In this document: one piece after another, positions 52,360 to 64,000 of the stretch | Layout of the letters: every line of letters starts with the position of its first letter | Position numbering within the stretch: position 1 is the stretch's first letter | Made by a program: the position numbers and the translations under genes | Notes under the pieces: model-generated | Told to the model about the DNA's origin: nothing | What the model saw: the letters and a program-made list of their open reading frames with translations, nothing else | Database searches by the model: none | From: Octopus sinensis | Lineage: Eukaryota | Length of the DNA stretch: 64,000 bases | Direction: 5' to 3' | NCBI RefSeq assembly: GCF_006345805.1 | Contig: NC_043009.1 | Location: forward strand, 23,622,001 to 23,686,000

Positions 52360-52566
52360 GTTAATGTTTATTTTTATATAATAAAAACTAGTTTACATTA
52401 ATTTGAGATGTTACCCTATACTGATGTCGAGTAGAAGTTTATTCTTAAACAAGAATATTTTTGACTTCGAAGTTTCGGCCAGTTAAGCTATCATCGCATG
52501 GGCTTAACTGGCTGAAACTTCGAGGTTACGGGCAACAATATTCTTGTTCAAGAATAATAAACATCG

Positions 52567-53070
52567 ATGTCTGGGATTCCTGATAGATGGCGACACTGAA
52601 CAGACAGAAAGTTTACACACCTATTTACCATAAGTGAAATATTTTTCCACGGTCACTGCAATGAATTTTGTCTTTTAGCAGTTGAAATATGTCACAAATG
52701 TGTTTTAACTAATCTAAACGCTGCTTGGCGCTAACATTTCGTTATTTTCCATAATCGGGCGATCTACCAGCGCAAATCAGTCAACATTGTTGACTATATT
52801 TTACATAAAGCTATGGTTTTATAAGTTTCTACAGAGTTGCCTCTCTTGAGTACATCCCACTGACAAGAGTAAAAAAACTCGACACACAGATGTCTGGGAT
52901 TCCTCATAGATGGCGACACTGAACAAACAGGGTACTTTTACGCCTTTTTACCATAAGTGTAATATTTTCCCCACGGTAACTGCCTTTTAGTAGTTGAAAT
53001 GTTAGAAACATATTTAAACAAACTAAATTTTCCTTATGCCTAAACACTGCTTGGTGCTAATATTTCGATA
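52567..53070. repeat. Diverged tandem duplication (~322-bp period)
   Basis: gatgtctgggattcct(g/c)atagatggcgacactgaac at 52567 and 52889. Confidence 0.7.
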
Positions 53071-53075
53071 TATAT

Positions 53076-53141
<66 letters not shown>

Positions 53142-53785
53142 GACACGAAATTAGATTTTATTAGATTCTTTATTCAAAATTTACTACAATTGTTTCGACT
53201 CATTTGCACTTGTAGCTCTGAGATATCAGACGAACCCACATCACAGCAAAACACGCACAAAATGCACGCGCACGTGTGTATTAAAGTTGCTGGCATTTTT
53301 TCAGGTATTCAAATTGGGGGCCACAGTAGGAGAGGTATATGACAACCAAGCTAGTATTAATCCTGTCCCTTATTCTTTGAAGACACTAGGGCCATCTCAC
53401 AGCAACAATGAAAGCCATTGGAATTGAGTCTAAATCGTTTGAAACACAAGCCCGAGACTATAGCATGTGGTGGTTCCATCACCACCGTAAACAAAAGCTT
53501 CGAAGCCATCAGAAGAGAATGTAAAATTGATCAAAATAAACGAAAAATGTCTTGCCCATTTTTACATTTTGGCATTTTGGTGATATGTTTCTTGAGAACA
53601 CATTCTTCGTGGTAGTGATGATTTGACGTCTATGTTTAGCATATTAGGTGTCCACTTTAGTGGTCATTCCTCTTAATTTTGTATGTAACACAATTCTTAA
53701 TCTTCGGATTTTTTAAATATGCTAAGCCACTGGTTTTAATTGATTAACATCAATTTCTACCCTTATTATTTAATTTATATATATA

Positions 53786-53987
53786 CACTATCGTCAGAAA
53801 TTAATTAGCACCCTTGATTTGCTCTTCACTCAAGGTATGTGCTGTCACCTAGTGGCCATATCTCGAACTATTGCTTTGTTGCGAGTTCATTGTTGCGCAG
53901 AACGATGACGTAACTTTGTTTGCAGAGCAGTTTGAGAGTCTCCAGCCTTATGATGTTGACATAGCAGTGCAACAACACCTTGGAGTG
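53786..53987. mobile_element. Possible Tc1-like element terminus truncated by the gap
   Basis: TA followed by cactatcgtcagaaattaattagcaccc resembles Tc1 TIRs. There is a weak HTH-like peptide (LLCQHHKAGDSQ) on the minus strand. Confidence 0.3.
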
Positions 53988-54087
53988 NNNNNNNNNNNNN
54001 NNNNNNNNNNNNNNNNNNNNNNNNNNNNNNNNNNNNNNNNNNNNNNNNNNNNNNNNNNNNNNNNNNNNNNNNNNNNNNNNNNNNNNN
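53988..54087. other. Assembly gap (100 N)
   Basis: Run of N. Confidence 1.
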
Positions 54088-54396
54088 CAACTTAATTGCA
54101 TCTGGTAAAAGTGGTGGATGTCCTTCCTATTGGCTCACTTTTATTAGGCGATTTCAGCAGCTGAAAGTGCCTTAATCCTCTTTGTTCCAACAAAGTTGAA
54201 AAAAGACAAAAAAAAAAAAAAAACTCTTAAATCGCGTGAGCGCGCGTCTGTGCGCTTTGTGTGTGGGAGAGAAAGAATTGGTGTAAAAAGTAGAAAAGTA
54301 GGGAACTTAATACTCCATTATAACTATCAGTCTTTCACCATCTTTTTAGCCGATTCCTCCCTTATCTATCTATCTATCTATCTATCCTATCTATTA

Positions 54397-54461
<65 letters not shown>

Positions 54462-54942
54462 TATATATATATATACATATATTATATAAACCAGCTTAGA
54501 GAAGAAGAAGAAACGAAACGAAACCAAACGAATCGAGTCGAATCGACGCGAAGGCGCTCAGTCATACAATAGTGTAATAAATAAAATATATGCATACATA
54601 CAAACATATATGTACGTACCTACATCTACATGTATATACACATGCATATATAAATATATATACGTGTGTACAGGACACCACAAATAGACGTAGAACTCAA
54701 CGAGAAACGAAAATGTAAAAACAGCATGGAACGGACCATTCCTTTAACAACGAAAAAACAGAGTACAAGACAACTACACAAGGAAAAATCCCCTTCATCA
54801 GCCGTCCCTAGTTCAACTTCAGCGTGTTTCGAAGTTGAGGACAGAGCACGTCTCGTCGAACTAGTCCTTCCTGCGAAGGAATTAAATAAAATTCCTTTGC
54901 AGAGGGGTAAAAACAAGGAAAAAAAAATATATACATATGTGC

Positions 54943-54974
<32 letters not shown>

Positions 54975-55769
54975 GTTATACTTGGCAAAATAACTAACAC
55001 CTTATCAGCTAACATTGAACGGCTTACAAACAGCTGGTCAACAATCCTTGTACTATTAAACTACTAACTGAAAGCAGAACTATTATCTTTGATGTTATAT
55101 CATAGGCACCCCCACCCCACATTACCACCAAAACCATAACCACTAGCATAACCTACACATATATATACACGCAACTCTTACATACACAAGCACACGCATA
55201 TATATAAACACGCATACATATATGCATATGTGTATATGAATATTCAAACGTACACATGTATAAATATATGTGTTTGTGTAAACATTGGACTGACGAATAA
55301 TGATCAAAATATGTTGTAGAGTCTTTATTAAATAATCTCCTTGTCAGAAATGGATAAAAAGTGAGATTAATGAGCGCTAAAAGAAGAGTTATATATACTT
55401 TATTGGAAACAAAATGTCACAAATAGTTACTTTAAGACTCTCCTCGCCAATCTTCGAATGATTATGGAAAATGGAACAGGAAATTTCATATTTCGAGACA
55501 TCCACGGATTAAGCAATCAATCAAATTTGTATGATTTTTGTAGATATGCCTTAAGTATTTACTTTTTCATTAGGTAAACCTCTAATTGTTGATTTGTAAT
55601 GTTTATTCTGGATGGTTGATTATTTGCAAGAAAACCAAATGTTTTTAATCTTATTACCTTTGGCTTAAAACATTTGAAAACCAGTTAAGTATCTGGAGAT
55701 TGAAACATATATCATTGACAAATATCTGTTAGCAATACTAACATTTAAAAAAGATCTGACATTATCTCC

Positions 55770-56250
55770 ATAAAGCTTGAAGCCAAAGAAATTGTCATTA
55801 AACTCAGCATAGACAACAGAATAGTATATTCACCATCAATTATACCATACATTACACTTAAAGACCACAAGGTTAATTCCCCTTCTAACTTTAATACAGG
55901 TTAATAAATCTTGCCAAAACTGTGTTAGATACAAAATAGTATCACATTGTTAATGGAATAGTTTAGCAGTGTTAACACCAAAAGACACTGTAAATTTATG
56001 CAGTCTGATACAATAGAAGTTTATTTTTCATTACCTAGATTCCTTCTTCCCAAAGCCTTAACTTTCGACAACAATATTGGACCAATTAGCGAATCTAATA
56101 TTATGATCCTGATGCATAGAAGGAATCCTTTTGTTTTTCGGTAACATATTCTGGCTGAAGAAAAGTAATAGCAAATTAATTGATGCTTCCATAGAAACAC
56201 ACGATGAAACTGAATCTCTAATATTAGTGAATGTATATCTTCAATGTCTG
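55770..56250 (+). pseudogene. Degenerate Penelope-like element reverse transcriptase (remnant may extend ~55300-56870)
   Basis: IKLEAKEIVIKLSIDNRI..YITLKDHK / RLINLAK / *FSSVNTKRHCKFMQSDTIEVYFSL..LLPKALTF..ILMHRRNPFVF / WLKKSNSKLIDASIETHDETESLILVNVYL. Collinear with the PLE RT motifs ITLKDHK..CRLINPAK..KFIQFDI.EFYPSI..FDVTMGSYDG.E..ELVG (recalled, not searched). Confidence 0.7.
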
Positions 56251-57069
56251 TGTCTTCGTTAGATATGATCAGGCTTTGTTCATTAAAATGAAGCACTCCA
56301 CAAAAATGGCATTACAGATAAAATATAATACACAATCCGCTCTAATGAATACATGCTTAAAAATAGAATGAAATACCTTATGAAATAATCCGCCGTGAAG
56401 TTTAAATGTGAGGACACATATCAAAGACATCTTAAATTTAATCGGTTTTGATTTTCTTACAAATCATAGATATCATAAAATTTTAAAGTGGAATTCAATT
56501 TATGTAAGTAGTTCTGATGAAAAGTATTTTTGAAGCTCAATGAAGTATTTTAAGTTCGAATATCTCGACAGCAACAATAATATAATCACTCCCCTACCTG
56601 TAACTTTCCTCATGACTGTAATTGTCTTTCGTAAGCTCTAAAATGTGCCAAAATCCAACAAGACGGCTACAGTTTACACAGAAATTACGTTGGCTAAATC
56701 GATTCACACACTTTTACCAACATTGTCATACATTCAGGGAGCGGATAAAAACAACTCTAACATAAAACGAAAAGAAAATTCTACCACTTTTTCAAACAAT
56801 TTTGATTTATACAAAGCTTTGGCAATGTATAAAATTACATTTATCGAACATACGACTCCGTAAGTTCATCAGCTTTTATCCATATTCGTCAAGTAAATTC
56901 GTCAAGTAAATTTTACTTAGTTCCTCAAAACAATTTGTGTAATTTCAGCTTTCAGTAATACGTACACACACACACGCACACACGTACATACTTATGCGCA
57001 TATACACATATATATTTCTGTGTACACACTTATACATATATGCAAATATATATGCATGTGTATGTATAT

Positions 57070-57120
<51 letters not shown>

Positions 57121-57139
57121 ACACATGTATATTTTTATA

Positions 57140-57540
57140 TTCCTTTACTCTTTTGTTTCAGTCATTTTGACAGCAGCCATGCTGGAGCACCGCATGAAGT
57201 ATTTTAGTCGAACAAATCAACCTTGGAACATATTTTTAAACTAGTATTTATTATATCGGTCTTCTGCTGAACTGCTAGTTTACGGGGACGTAAATGCGCC
57301 AACACCGGATGACAAGCAGTGAAGGGGGCGGACAAACACAGATAGAAAGACACACAGAGATAGATATATACACATATATACGTAAAAGACGGGCTGCTTT
57401 CAGTTTCCATCTACCAATTCCTCTCACAAAGCTTTAGTCGGCCCGCAGCCATAGCAGAAGATACTTCCCCAAGGTGCCACGAAATGGGACCGAACGCGGA
57501 ATCATGTGTTTGGGAAGCATGCGTTTACCACACAGCAACA
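57140..57540 (-). mobile_element. SINE family A, diverged
   Basis: Family motifs present. Confidence 0.75.
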
Positions 57541-57640
57541 CTTGGCCCATGAAAAAAATATAAATAGAAAAATATACAGAGAGAAAGAGGGGGAAGAGAA
57601 AGAGAGAGAAATATAGATATATATATAAATGTGCGTGTAC

Positions 57641-57689
<49 letters not shown>

Positions 57690-57691
57690 AT

Positions 57692-57744
<53 letters not shown>

Positions 57745-57751
57745 TATATAA

Positions 57752-57844
<93 letters not shown>

Positions 57845-57957
57845 GTGTGTGTATATATATTATATATATATACATACATATATAAGCACTCAACACCATA
57901 CACTCACATATATGCACACGTATGAGTGTCCATGTATTTGCATATTAATTGCTGTTC

Positions 57958-57961
<4 letters not shown>

Positions 57962-58041
<80 letters not shown>
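57962..58041. repeat. (ATT)n microsatellite
   Basis: Directly visible. Confidence 0.95.
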
Positions 58042-58042
<1 letters not shown>

Positions 58043-58299
58043 TGAATTCTTTCAGATTTCTTCATCTTGCTGCCTCATTTCTTTCTTGCAGTTTTTTTCT
58101 CGCTCTCTAAAAATAGATATTTTGTTCAATTATAGAAATTGGCGAACAATCAAATCGACTCTCCTTGATTAAAACAAAACGAAGCAGAAAGAAAACACAT
58201 ACATATGGACAGATACGAAATAAATATATAGACATCGACACACCCACACACACACACATTTGAACACATAAATCTATATGTATAAGTATGTATGGATGT

Positions 58300-58489
<190 letters not shown>

Positions 58490-58602
58490 GGCAATCTGTC
58501 TATCTGTCTGTCAGACTGTCTCTCTATCTGTCTATATGTATACACATACACAGACACACATACACACAGACACACGCACACACACATATGTATATATATA
58601 TA

Positions 58603-58655
<53 letters not shown>

Positions 58656-59304
58656 TGTGTGTGTGCGTGCGTGTGTGTGTCTGTATAGACATATGCTTGT
58701 TTATAAATATACATATACATACATACGTGTGTATGAGTGTGTGTAAGTTTATGAGAATATGTATGCGATCATATATGCATATATGTGCGTATGTATATAC
58801 AATTGTATTTATGTTTACACACGCACACATAAATATGTTTGTGTACGTGTGTGTGTGCATACACACACAGACACATACATACACACAAACACACAAGACA
58901 CCACTCACACACTAATAGATATACATTTATACGAAACAAACCGATTGGCGTAATTTAATTAAAAAACACTCAACACGTAGCTAACCATTGGTAAACCATT
59001 CTCCTTCCTTTAAAGCCAACTACCAATCTGGGTTGAGTTTTTCTTGCCTCATCGCCCCTCCGCCTCTATTGTTGTGAGCCGCCTATCACCGACCGCCGAC
59101 CACTTACCCATTACCCCTATCGTATCGATTTATTAGAATGATCCAAGTTATTACCAGTTCACCACGACACGCAGTACAATAGACAGGACCATTTTGGTTG
59201 TTTGCCAACGTGTAAAATATGATTATTCACGAGTATTTTCCTTGGCTCTCCAGTCATCTGCCGATATTCTAAAACATGAGAAAATATAATGAAATAAAAT
59301 CAAC

Positions 59305-59616
59305 AGGCGTGGCAGTGTGGTAAAATGCTTGCTTCCCACCACATGGTTCCAGGTTCAGTCCTACTGCATGGCGACTTGGACAAGTGTCTTCTACTATAGA
59401 CTTCGGCCGACCAAATCCTTGTGAGTGGATTAGACAGAAACTGAAAGAATCCCGAGGGCACAGAAAGTGTGTCAATAGTCAGCCGGAGGAGGTGGCCTCC
59501 TCGGGCTACAAGCTACAGTAGCATCCACCCTTAGGGGTTAGCCACATTTAAGTGGTAATATACTTCACGATGTCATGCAGCTACTGATTATACCTAGCTC
59601 AGAGATTTATTATTGC

Positions 59617-59659
<43 letters not shown>

Positions 59660-59950
59660 TATATATAAACAATAATAAATCTCATATATATACGTGTGTG
59701 TGTATTTGTGTTTGTGCCTCGCCACTGTTTGACAACCGGTGTTGGTGTGTTTGCGTTCCCTTAACTATAGTGGTTCGGCATAAGGGTACGATAAAATAAA
59801 TACTAGGCTTGTAAAAAAAAAAAGAAAAAAAGAAAAAAAAAACAACCAATTACTGGGGTTGATTCAGTTGATTAAAATTACTTTAAGGTGGAGTCCCAGC
59901 ATGGCCGCAGTCAAATGACTCAAACAAGTAAAAAGATAAAAAGTAAAAGA
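59305..59950 (+). mobile_element. SINE family A split into halves (59305-59450, 59690-59950)
   Basis: Unrelated sequence and (TA)n lie at the microsatellite position. Confidence 0.65.
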
Positions 59951-60235
59951 TACAAAAAAAATTAATTAATTAATTAAAAAAAAATTATTAAACAGATATT
60001 GAAAACAATTAAAATTTCCGTAGTGATTGAGGAATGTTTGATTATGTTTGAAATCTTAATCCCGGATTAACGAGTTAGAAGAATCTCACAGCTTCCATTC
60101 TCCAACGTTTCCTTTCCATATATTCGATCGCTGTTGTATTGGAGGACATGTTCCTGTGCTGGATGATTGTCTGTGGGTGATAAAACATAATACAGAACAG
60201 ACGGCAGTATACAACACACTACATCATATATCAGT

Positions 60236-60540
60236 GGAGGCACATGGCCTAGTGGTTAGAGCAGCGGACTCGCGGTAGAGGGATCGCGAGTTCGAATCTC
60301 AGACCGGGCGATGTGTGTGTTTATGAGTGAAACACCTAAGCTGCACGCCGCTCCGGCAGAAGGAAATGGCGAACTTCTGCTGACTCTTTCGCCACAACTT
60401 TCTCACACTATTTCCTCCTGCATCTTGCAGCTCACCTGCGATCGGCCGGCGTCCCGTCCAGTTGAGGGAACCTATACGCCAAGGAAACCGGGAAACCGGC
60501 CCTCATGAGCCAGGCGTGGCTCGAGAAGGAACAACCAACA
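60236..60540 (+). mobile_element. tRNA-derived SINE family C, full length
   Basis: tRNA-like head ggcctagtggttagagcagcggactcgcgg...gagttcgaatctc; tail ctatacgccaaggaaaccgggaaaccggcc...gagaaggaacaac. Confidence 0.8.
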
Positions 60541-60649
60541 TCATATACAACCAGCTATTAGAACCAGAGTCCCGCTCCAAAGGCAATGTTTTTGTTATTC
60601 TTTAGCCCCAGGGCAGTCCAGATCCAGCGTAACTATCTTTTCATTTTTA

Positions 60650-60968
60650 TCCTTTGTCTTTTACTTGTTCGTTCATTGGACAGCGACCATGCTGGGGTAC
60701 AACCTTAAAGCGTTTCAGTCAAATAAAACGGCCCCAGTACAGTAATTATATTTTTGCAGTAAGTCTGGAATTTAGTTTATCGGTCTTTTTTCTCGAACCG
60801 CTAGGTTATAGAGACGTAAACAAAGCAATACTAGGTCTCAAGTGGTTGGGTATGGGTGACAAACAGACAGACAGACACACACACACACACACACACGCAC
60901 GCACACACACGCGCACGCACACACACACACACACACGAGCACACATACACACACAAAATACGGAAATG

Positions 60969-61002
<34 letters not shown>

Positions 61003-61510
61003 GCTACATTGGTCCAGGAAAGAATGCTGGTAATAATTGTTTAATAAAATTATAGATGTGGAAAATCTCCGTTCTCCTTATAATTATGAACACTATATAT
61101 ATGCGCGTTCTTTGTTTCCTTTACTTGCTTCAGTCTTTTGACTTCGGCCGTGCTGGAGCACCACCTTGACGGGTATGTTTTAGTTGAACAAATCGATCCC
61201 AGGACTTATATTTTTAAAGCGAAGTATATATTCTATCGGCCACTTTTTTGGTAAACCGCTAAGTTACAGGGACATAAGCACACTAACACCAATTACCAAG
61301 CGGTAATGGGGGGGGGGAAGCAAACACAGACACAAAGACAGACAGACACACATACATACTTATATACGACGGGCTTCTTTCAGTTTCTGTCTTTCAAATC
61401 CACTCACAAGGCTTTGGTTGGCCCGGGGCTATAGTAGAAGAAACTTGCACAAGATGCCACGCAAAGGACTGAAACCGGAACCATGTGGTTGGGAAGGAAG
61501 CTTTTTACCA
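60650..61510 (-). mobile_element. Two diverged SINE A copies (60650-60880 partial; 61110-61510)
   Basis: Family motifs present. Confidence 0.7.
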
Positions 61511-61620
61511 CACACACACACATACATGCTCACGCATACACATATGAATATACAAATGTGTGTGCGTAGGTGGGGTGTGCATGTATGTGCACATAAATAT
61601 ACAAGCTATATTAAAATATA

Positions 61621-62422
61621 GGATCTTTTCCTTTGAACGGCAGACAATTTCTTGTTAACTAAACACTTTAAAACTTCATATACTGGTAGAATGTGTCGAA
61701 ATAAAACATTTTTTTCTCTTGGCTTTCTTGAGAAAATTGTAATTTGTTTGTTTAACGTAGTTTAATTTTTCGAATTTTAACCAATCCTATGCTCTCTTTT
61801 GAGCTAAAATCATTTGCTGCGTCTAAAACTGAGACAACATCCCGTAACTAACCCTATCCCTCCCCTAACCCTAACCCTAATTTTTTTTCTTAATTTTTAA
61901 ATTAATTTAATTGTTACGCGTGTAAAAAAAAAAAAAAACCGAAAGCAATGGAAAATGATTCAAACAATTAACAAACAAAATAATTCTATAATTTTACACA
62001 CACGCTTTCCGTACGTATACGGAAAGCTTGTGTTACGGAAAGCTTGTGTGTAAAATTATAGAATTATTTTGTTTGTTAATTGTTTGAACCATTTTCTATT
62101 GCTTTCGGGGTTTTTTTACACGCGTAACAATTAAATCAATTTAAAAATTAAGAAAAAAAAAATTAGGGTTAGGATTAATTACAGGATGTTGTCTCAGTTT
62201 TAGACGCAGCAAATGATTTTAGTTGAATGGAGGTAATCGATTGGTTAAAATTGCCGAAATGCTCGGATTTTCAGAAGAAATATCTTACAAACTATAGAAT
62301 TTTCTCAATAAAGCCAAGAAAAAATGATGTTTTATAAACACATTCTACCAGTATACGAAGTTTAAAAGTGTTTAGTTAACTAGAAATTGTGTTGACATCT
62401 GCCGTTCAAAAGGAAAAGATCC
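61621..62422. mobile_element. Fold-back Merlin-like MITE (~400-bp inverted arms) with telomere-like repeats
   Basis: Termini ggatcttttcctttgaacggcag / ctgccgttcaaaaggaaaagatcc. TSD aaaatata / aaaagata (7 of 8). The arms pair almost to the centre. Confidence 0.85.
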
Positions 62423-62444
62423 AAAAGATAATATAATACATACT

Positions 62445-62659
62445 CTCTACTCTTTTACTCTTTTACTTGTTTCAGTCATTTGATTGCGGCCAAGCTGGAG
62501 CACCGCCTTTAGTCGAGCAAATCGACCCCGGGACTTATTCTTTGTAAGCCCAGTACTTATTCTATCGGTCTCTTTTGCCGAACCGCTAAGTGACGGGGAC
62601 GTAAACACACCAGCATCGGTTGTCAAGCAATGCTAGGGGGACAAACACGCACACACACG

Positions 62660-62691
<32 letters not shown>

Positions 62692-62860
62692 CATATATAC
62701 GACGGGCTTCTTTCAGTTTCCGTCTACCAAATCCACTCACAAGTCTTTGGTCGGCCCGAGGCTATAGTAGAAGACACTTGCCCAAGATGCCACGCAGTGG
62801 GACTGAACCCGGAACCATGTGGGTGGTTAGCAAGCTACTTACCACACAGCCACTCCTGTA
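62445..62860 (-). mobile_element. SINE family A, full length, low divergence
   Basis: Complete copy. An A 3' half on the + strand follows at about 62900-63260. Confidence 0.9.
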
Positions 62861-63111
62861 TATATATATATATATACACATACACAAAAATATTATGTGT
62901 ATGTGTGTGTGTGCGTCCTTGTATTTATGGTTGCCCCACCACTACTTGACAACCAGTGTTAATGTGTTTGCGTCCTCACAACTTAGCGGTTCGGCAAACA
63001 GGTCCAATAAAAAAATACTAAGCTCGCAAAAAATATGAATAGATATATACATACAGTACACACGCAGACCTATATATATATATATATTATATATATATAT
63101 ATATCTATATA

Positions 63112-63144
<33 letters not shown>

Positions 63145-63654
63145 AGTACTGTAGTCGGTTCGTGGACTAAAATTCTTCAAGGTTGTGCCCCAGCATGACC
63201 GTAATCTTTGACTGAAACAAGTAAAAGATTAAACATGAAATATAAAAGATTAAAGATACAAGAAATTCCTCTCATAAACTATATTGGTCAGAACGAGGCT
63301 ACAGCTAAAGACACTTTGCCAATTTACTATTCGGTGACATTCTGCCCTGAAACGCGTTGCTTCATTGTTGCGATGTCAACTTCTTAAGCAGATAGTTATA
63401 TTTCAGTCATTGTTTACGATGTTGGACGAAATCAATTTTTCTAATTCTTTTGAAAACTATAATGAGATCCCACCTCAACATAATAGCGTTATTTAGAGAC
63501 CATACTTCATTAAATATCAAATGCTTTTAGAAACACATGTGAAAGGAATTGTCACCTTATTGATTTCTACTTTGAAAGAAACGCTACAAGAACGTCAATT
63601 TAAGGGGCATCGTTTGTCTTCAGAGACAACGAACGAGCGAGTGAGCGAGAGAGA

Positions 63655-63702
<48 letters not shown>

Positions 63703-63755
63703 AGGAGAGAGAAAGAGAGAGAGAGATGATTTTAGTAGCTGATTTGTTATATGCA

Positions 63756-63815
<60 letters not shown>

Positions 63816-64000
63816 GATAGTGATAATGATAATGGTGATAAAGAAAGCCATCGTTCGTAAAGAAGAATATTATCGGTTGTCAATGAGAAACCATTCGCAT
63901 GCAACAAGCTTACAAGACAGCAAAACCTTCTTGAACATAATCAATACAACCGAGAATGAATTACTAATGGAACTTATCGAGTAGAAGACAACGATTCAAT

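Noticed and set aside
56514-56545. CTGATGA...GAAG hammerhead-like string
   Set aside because: GAAG instead of GAAA, and no stem I or III.
56820-56876. Minus-strand CTGATGA followed by a hairpin
   Set aside because: Followed by TCGATA rather than GAAA, and no stem I.
60236-60310. Possible tRNA gene
   Set aside because: It continues directly into a SINE body and tail, so it is treated as a SINE head.

Overview
Repeat-dominated, AT-rich eukaryotic genomic DNA. It is very rich in (TA)n, (CA)n, (TATC)n, (TATG)n, (GAA)n and (ATT)n microsatellites and has a 100-N scaffold gap at 53988-54087. The repeat landscape looks octopod (Octopus-like); this is inferred from memory of such repeats, not from a search. 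No intact host protein-coding gene can be supported, and nearly all ORFs in the supplied track are translations of microsatellites or SINEs. Supported content: (i) four tRNA-headed SINE families, one forming head-less 184-bp tandem arrays; (ii) two CR1-like LINE 3' ends whose tail matches the tail of SINE family A; (iii) decayed DNA transposons, namely a Tigger/pogo copy, a full-length DD37D (maT) mariner, two adjacent mariner fragments and three Merlin-like MITEs with GG-starting TIRs and 8-bp TSDs; (iv) a degenerate Penelope-like (PLE) reverse transcriptase; (v) several short microsatellite-flanked elements with minimal hammerhead-like cores. The most interesting feature is a (TA)n-flanked array at about 48970-51816. 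It has five direct ~474-bp units plus one fold-back unit, and each unit carries a type I hammerhead ribozyme motif (stem I AGGCCUG/CAGGUCU, CUGAUGA, stem II UAC-GUAA-GUA, GAAA, stem III AUCAC-U-GUGAU, cleavage triplet AUA). This makes it a candidate retrozyme-like locus producing circular RNA. Two caveats apply: the U.U pair at 10.1/11.1 is non-canonical, and the array lies near a contig end with indel-type differences between copies.
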